Below, in pieces: positions 24,804-25,899 of a stretch of DNA of 25,899 nucleotides. Within the stretch, counting starts at the first letter, position 1. Each line of letters begins with the position of its first letter. Under the pieces are notes generated by a model. It made no database searches. It was not told the origin of the DNA and saw only the letters and a program-made list of their open reading frames with translations. The stretch lies in the IMG/VR virus record IMGVR_UViG_3300032216_000103, positions 1 to 25,899 of that record; one strand, written 5' to 3'. Source of the DNA: a virus. Taxonomy: Duplodnaviria; Caudoviricetes. The position numbers were made by a program, and so were the translations under genes.

Positions 24804-25295
24804 TCAGGCTTGTGAATATGTTGGGTTAGCAACGCCATCTGAACCACGAACAACATATTGGCACGTAATCGTAGCTGCTCCGCCACTAGCTGTACCAGCA
24901 CAAGCGTAAATCACTTGAACGATTAAGTCAGTTGAGCCTACATTCAAAATTGTGCCGATCTGCGCAGCGGTCAAAGTAACTGTTGCACGGCCTGTAGACA
25001 ATGGTGTAGTCGTAGCGCCACCAACAGTAGCCAATGAAGAGCCACCAGAAGTTTGGATAGTAATGGTGTTTCCTGTTGTACCAGCATAAGCAGTGGTAAT
25101 GTCAACAAAGAAATTAGTGATTTGTGCGCCTGCTGGGATAACAAACAATGTGGTAGCTGTTGTATCGCTAACAGTTGTTGTGTTTGACTGAGTTACAGTC
25201 GTTGCGCCCATGTTGCGGATAGTACCAGCAGTTGTGCCAGTAGTGTTTTTGACAGTGCCCAATAACCAAGGGCCTAGGTGAGTTGCGAATCCCAT
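24804..25295 (-). CDS. Putative capsid decoration / head-associated protein, 163 aa
   Basis: SD AAGGAG; small Thr/Gly/Ala-rich beta protein (IPAGAQI...V.Y); has its own promoter and terminator, consistent with a high-copy product. Confidence 0.55.
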   Translation of the reverse strand: MGFATHLGPWLLGTVKNTTGTTAGTIRNMGATTVTQSNTTTVSDTTATTLFVIPAGAQITNFFVDITTAYAGTTGNTITIQTSGGSSLATVGGATTTPLSTGRATVTLTAAQIGTILNVGSTDLIVQVIYACAGTASGGAATITCQYVVRGSDGVANPTYSQA

Positions 25296-25301
25296 GAGGA
25301 T

Positions 25302-25377
25302 CTCCTTACATACAAGTTAAGTGTATCAATCGGTATGTCGTCTGCCGGGACAGTTTGATACACCGGAAAGCCCGGAA
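25302..25377 (-). ncRNA. Candidate structured cis-regulatory leader RNA (double pseudoknot)
   Basis: 9-bp stem GUGUAUCAA/UUGAUACAC, inner CUG/CAG, and two crossing helices CCGGG/CCCGG and ACAUAC/GUAUGU, the latter abutting the SD. Confidence 0.55.
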
Positions 25378-25382
25378 TAGTT

Positions 25383-25412
25383 ATAATATACACGGCTTTT
25401 AAAATTTGTCAA
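25383..25412 (-). promoter_or_regulatory. Sigma70-type promoter
   Basis: Minus strand TTGACA-N18-TATTAT (alternatively N16-TATATT) in an AT-rich intergenic gap. Confidence 0.7.
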
Positions 25413-25420
25413 GGATATTT

Positions 25421-25899
25421 ATGCCCTACAAAGACCCGGCTGTATTAAAAGCCAAGCACAAAGAATACTCTAAAAAACATTACGAAAAACGTAAAGCTGA
25501 AGGCAATATACGTTTAAAAAAATCAAACCAAGATAAAAAGAAAGCGTGGCGGGAGTTTAAAGAAACTTTATCTTGCTCCCAATGTGGTATCAAACATCCA
25601 GCGGTTATTGATTTCCACCATACAGACCCAGCAACAAAAATAAAAGGCGTGCATGAGTTTGCGCGTATGGGGTCGTATAAAAAAGCTTTTGCGGAAGTGG
25701 AAAAATGTATCGTATTGTGTGCAAATTGCCACCGTATCTTACACTATGAGCTACACAAAAAGAAAAAGAGGGCCGAAGCCCTCTTGGATCACTCTTCTTC
25801 AGCTTCGTCTTCAGACTCTTCGTCCTCGTACTCAACCCACTCTTCATTCTCTTCATCAAACCAGAACCAAGCTTCAAATTCTGTGTCAAATGTCCAAGC
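25421..25899 (+). CDS. HNH endonuclease (zinc-binding type), no stop within window; not in ORF track
   Basis: SD AAGGA then MPYKDP...; basic N-terminal helix, CSQC...DFHH...CIVLCANCHRILH. Confidence 0.85.
   Translation, partial: MPYKDPAVLKAKHKEYSKKHYEKRKAEGNIRLKKSNQDKKKAWREFKETLSCSQCGIKHPAVIDFHHTDPATKIKGVHEFARMGSYKKAFAEVEKCIVLCANCHRILHYELHKKKKRAEALLDHSSSASSSDSSSSYSTHSSFSSSNQNQASNSVSNVQ
25757..25785 (-). terminator. Intrinsic terminator
   Basis: AAGAGGGC-UUCG-GCCCUCUU followed by UUUCUUUUU, 3 nt after the TGA at 25789. Confidence 0.85.
25789..25899 (-). CDS. C-terminal end of a highly acidic, aromatic-rich protein (partial); not in ORF track
   Basis: ...AWTFDTEFEAWFWFDEENEEWVEYEDEESEDEAEEE* followed immediately by a terminator. 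Confidence 0.75.
   Translation of the reverse strand, partial: AWTFDTEFEAWFWFDEENEEWVEYEDEESEDEAEEE

Larger units (their letters stand above)
1..25899 (-). mobile_element. Tailed bacteriophage (podovirus-like) structural and lysis module; phage genome or prophage fragment
   Basis: Co-oriented, translationally coupled genes with adaptor-, nozzle-, fibre-, holin-, endolysin- and ejection-protein character. No tail tube/sheath genes and no host housekeeping context recognised. Confidence 0.93.

Noticed and set aside
25355-25387. Plus-strand promoter for the HNH gene (TTGATA...TATAAT)
   Set aside because: TATAAT is perfect but the spacing to TTGATA is 21 nt and there is no extended -10, so it is not supportable as called.
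25605-25889. 94-aa minus-strand ORF in the track
   Set aside because: It crosses a strong terminator and is antisense to the HNH core; the acidic frame ending at 25789 fits the terminator better.
1-25899. Stop-codon reassignment, tRNA genes, integrase or att sites
   Set aside because: TAA, TAG and TGA all terminate genes at sensible coupled junctions; no tRNA cloverleaf or integrase was recognised.

Overview
The whole window is part of the virion-morphogenesis and lysis module of a tailed dsDNA bacteriophage with a podovirus-like gene set. Almost everything is on the minus strand and tightly coupled by TAATG/ATGA-type overlaps. In transcription order (right to left) it encodes: a probable capsid-associated/decoration gene, a cluster of small basic proteins, two head-tail adaptor-like genes, fibre genes including an Ig/FN3 + RCC1-repeat putative receptor-binding protein, a sulfotransferase-TPR-glycosyltransferase fusion with an APS kinase, a lysis cassette (M15 endolysin, holin), a nozzle-like tail protein and three large internal/ejection proteins, the last running off the left edge. 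The ORF track misses four genes: the >=848-aa protein at 1..2544, a 58-aa basic protein at 11809..11985, a plus-strand HNH endonuclease from 25421 and an acidic ORF ending at 25789. The most notable signals are: (1) a recurrent, often doubled [FYMLAK]-x-x-G-G motif across seven predicted virion-internal proteins, one of which carries a tape-measure-type GPG..SDSIPA..L.DGEFV domain, suggesting a shared processing or packaging system; (2) a canonical -1 frameshift signal (A_AAA_AAG + hairpin) adding a transmembrane tail to the gene upstream of the holin; (3) a promoter-proximal double-pseudoknot leader RNA abutting a Shine-Dalgarno; (4) a PAPS-supply/sulfation/glycosylation cassette beside the fibre genes. 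All family assignments come from motif recognition by eye; no searches were run.
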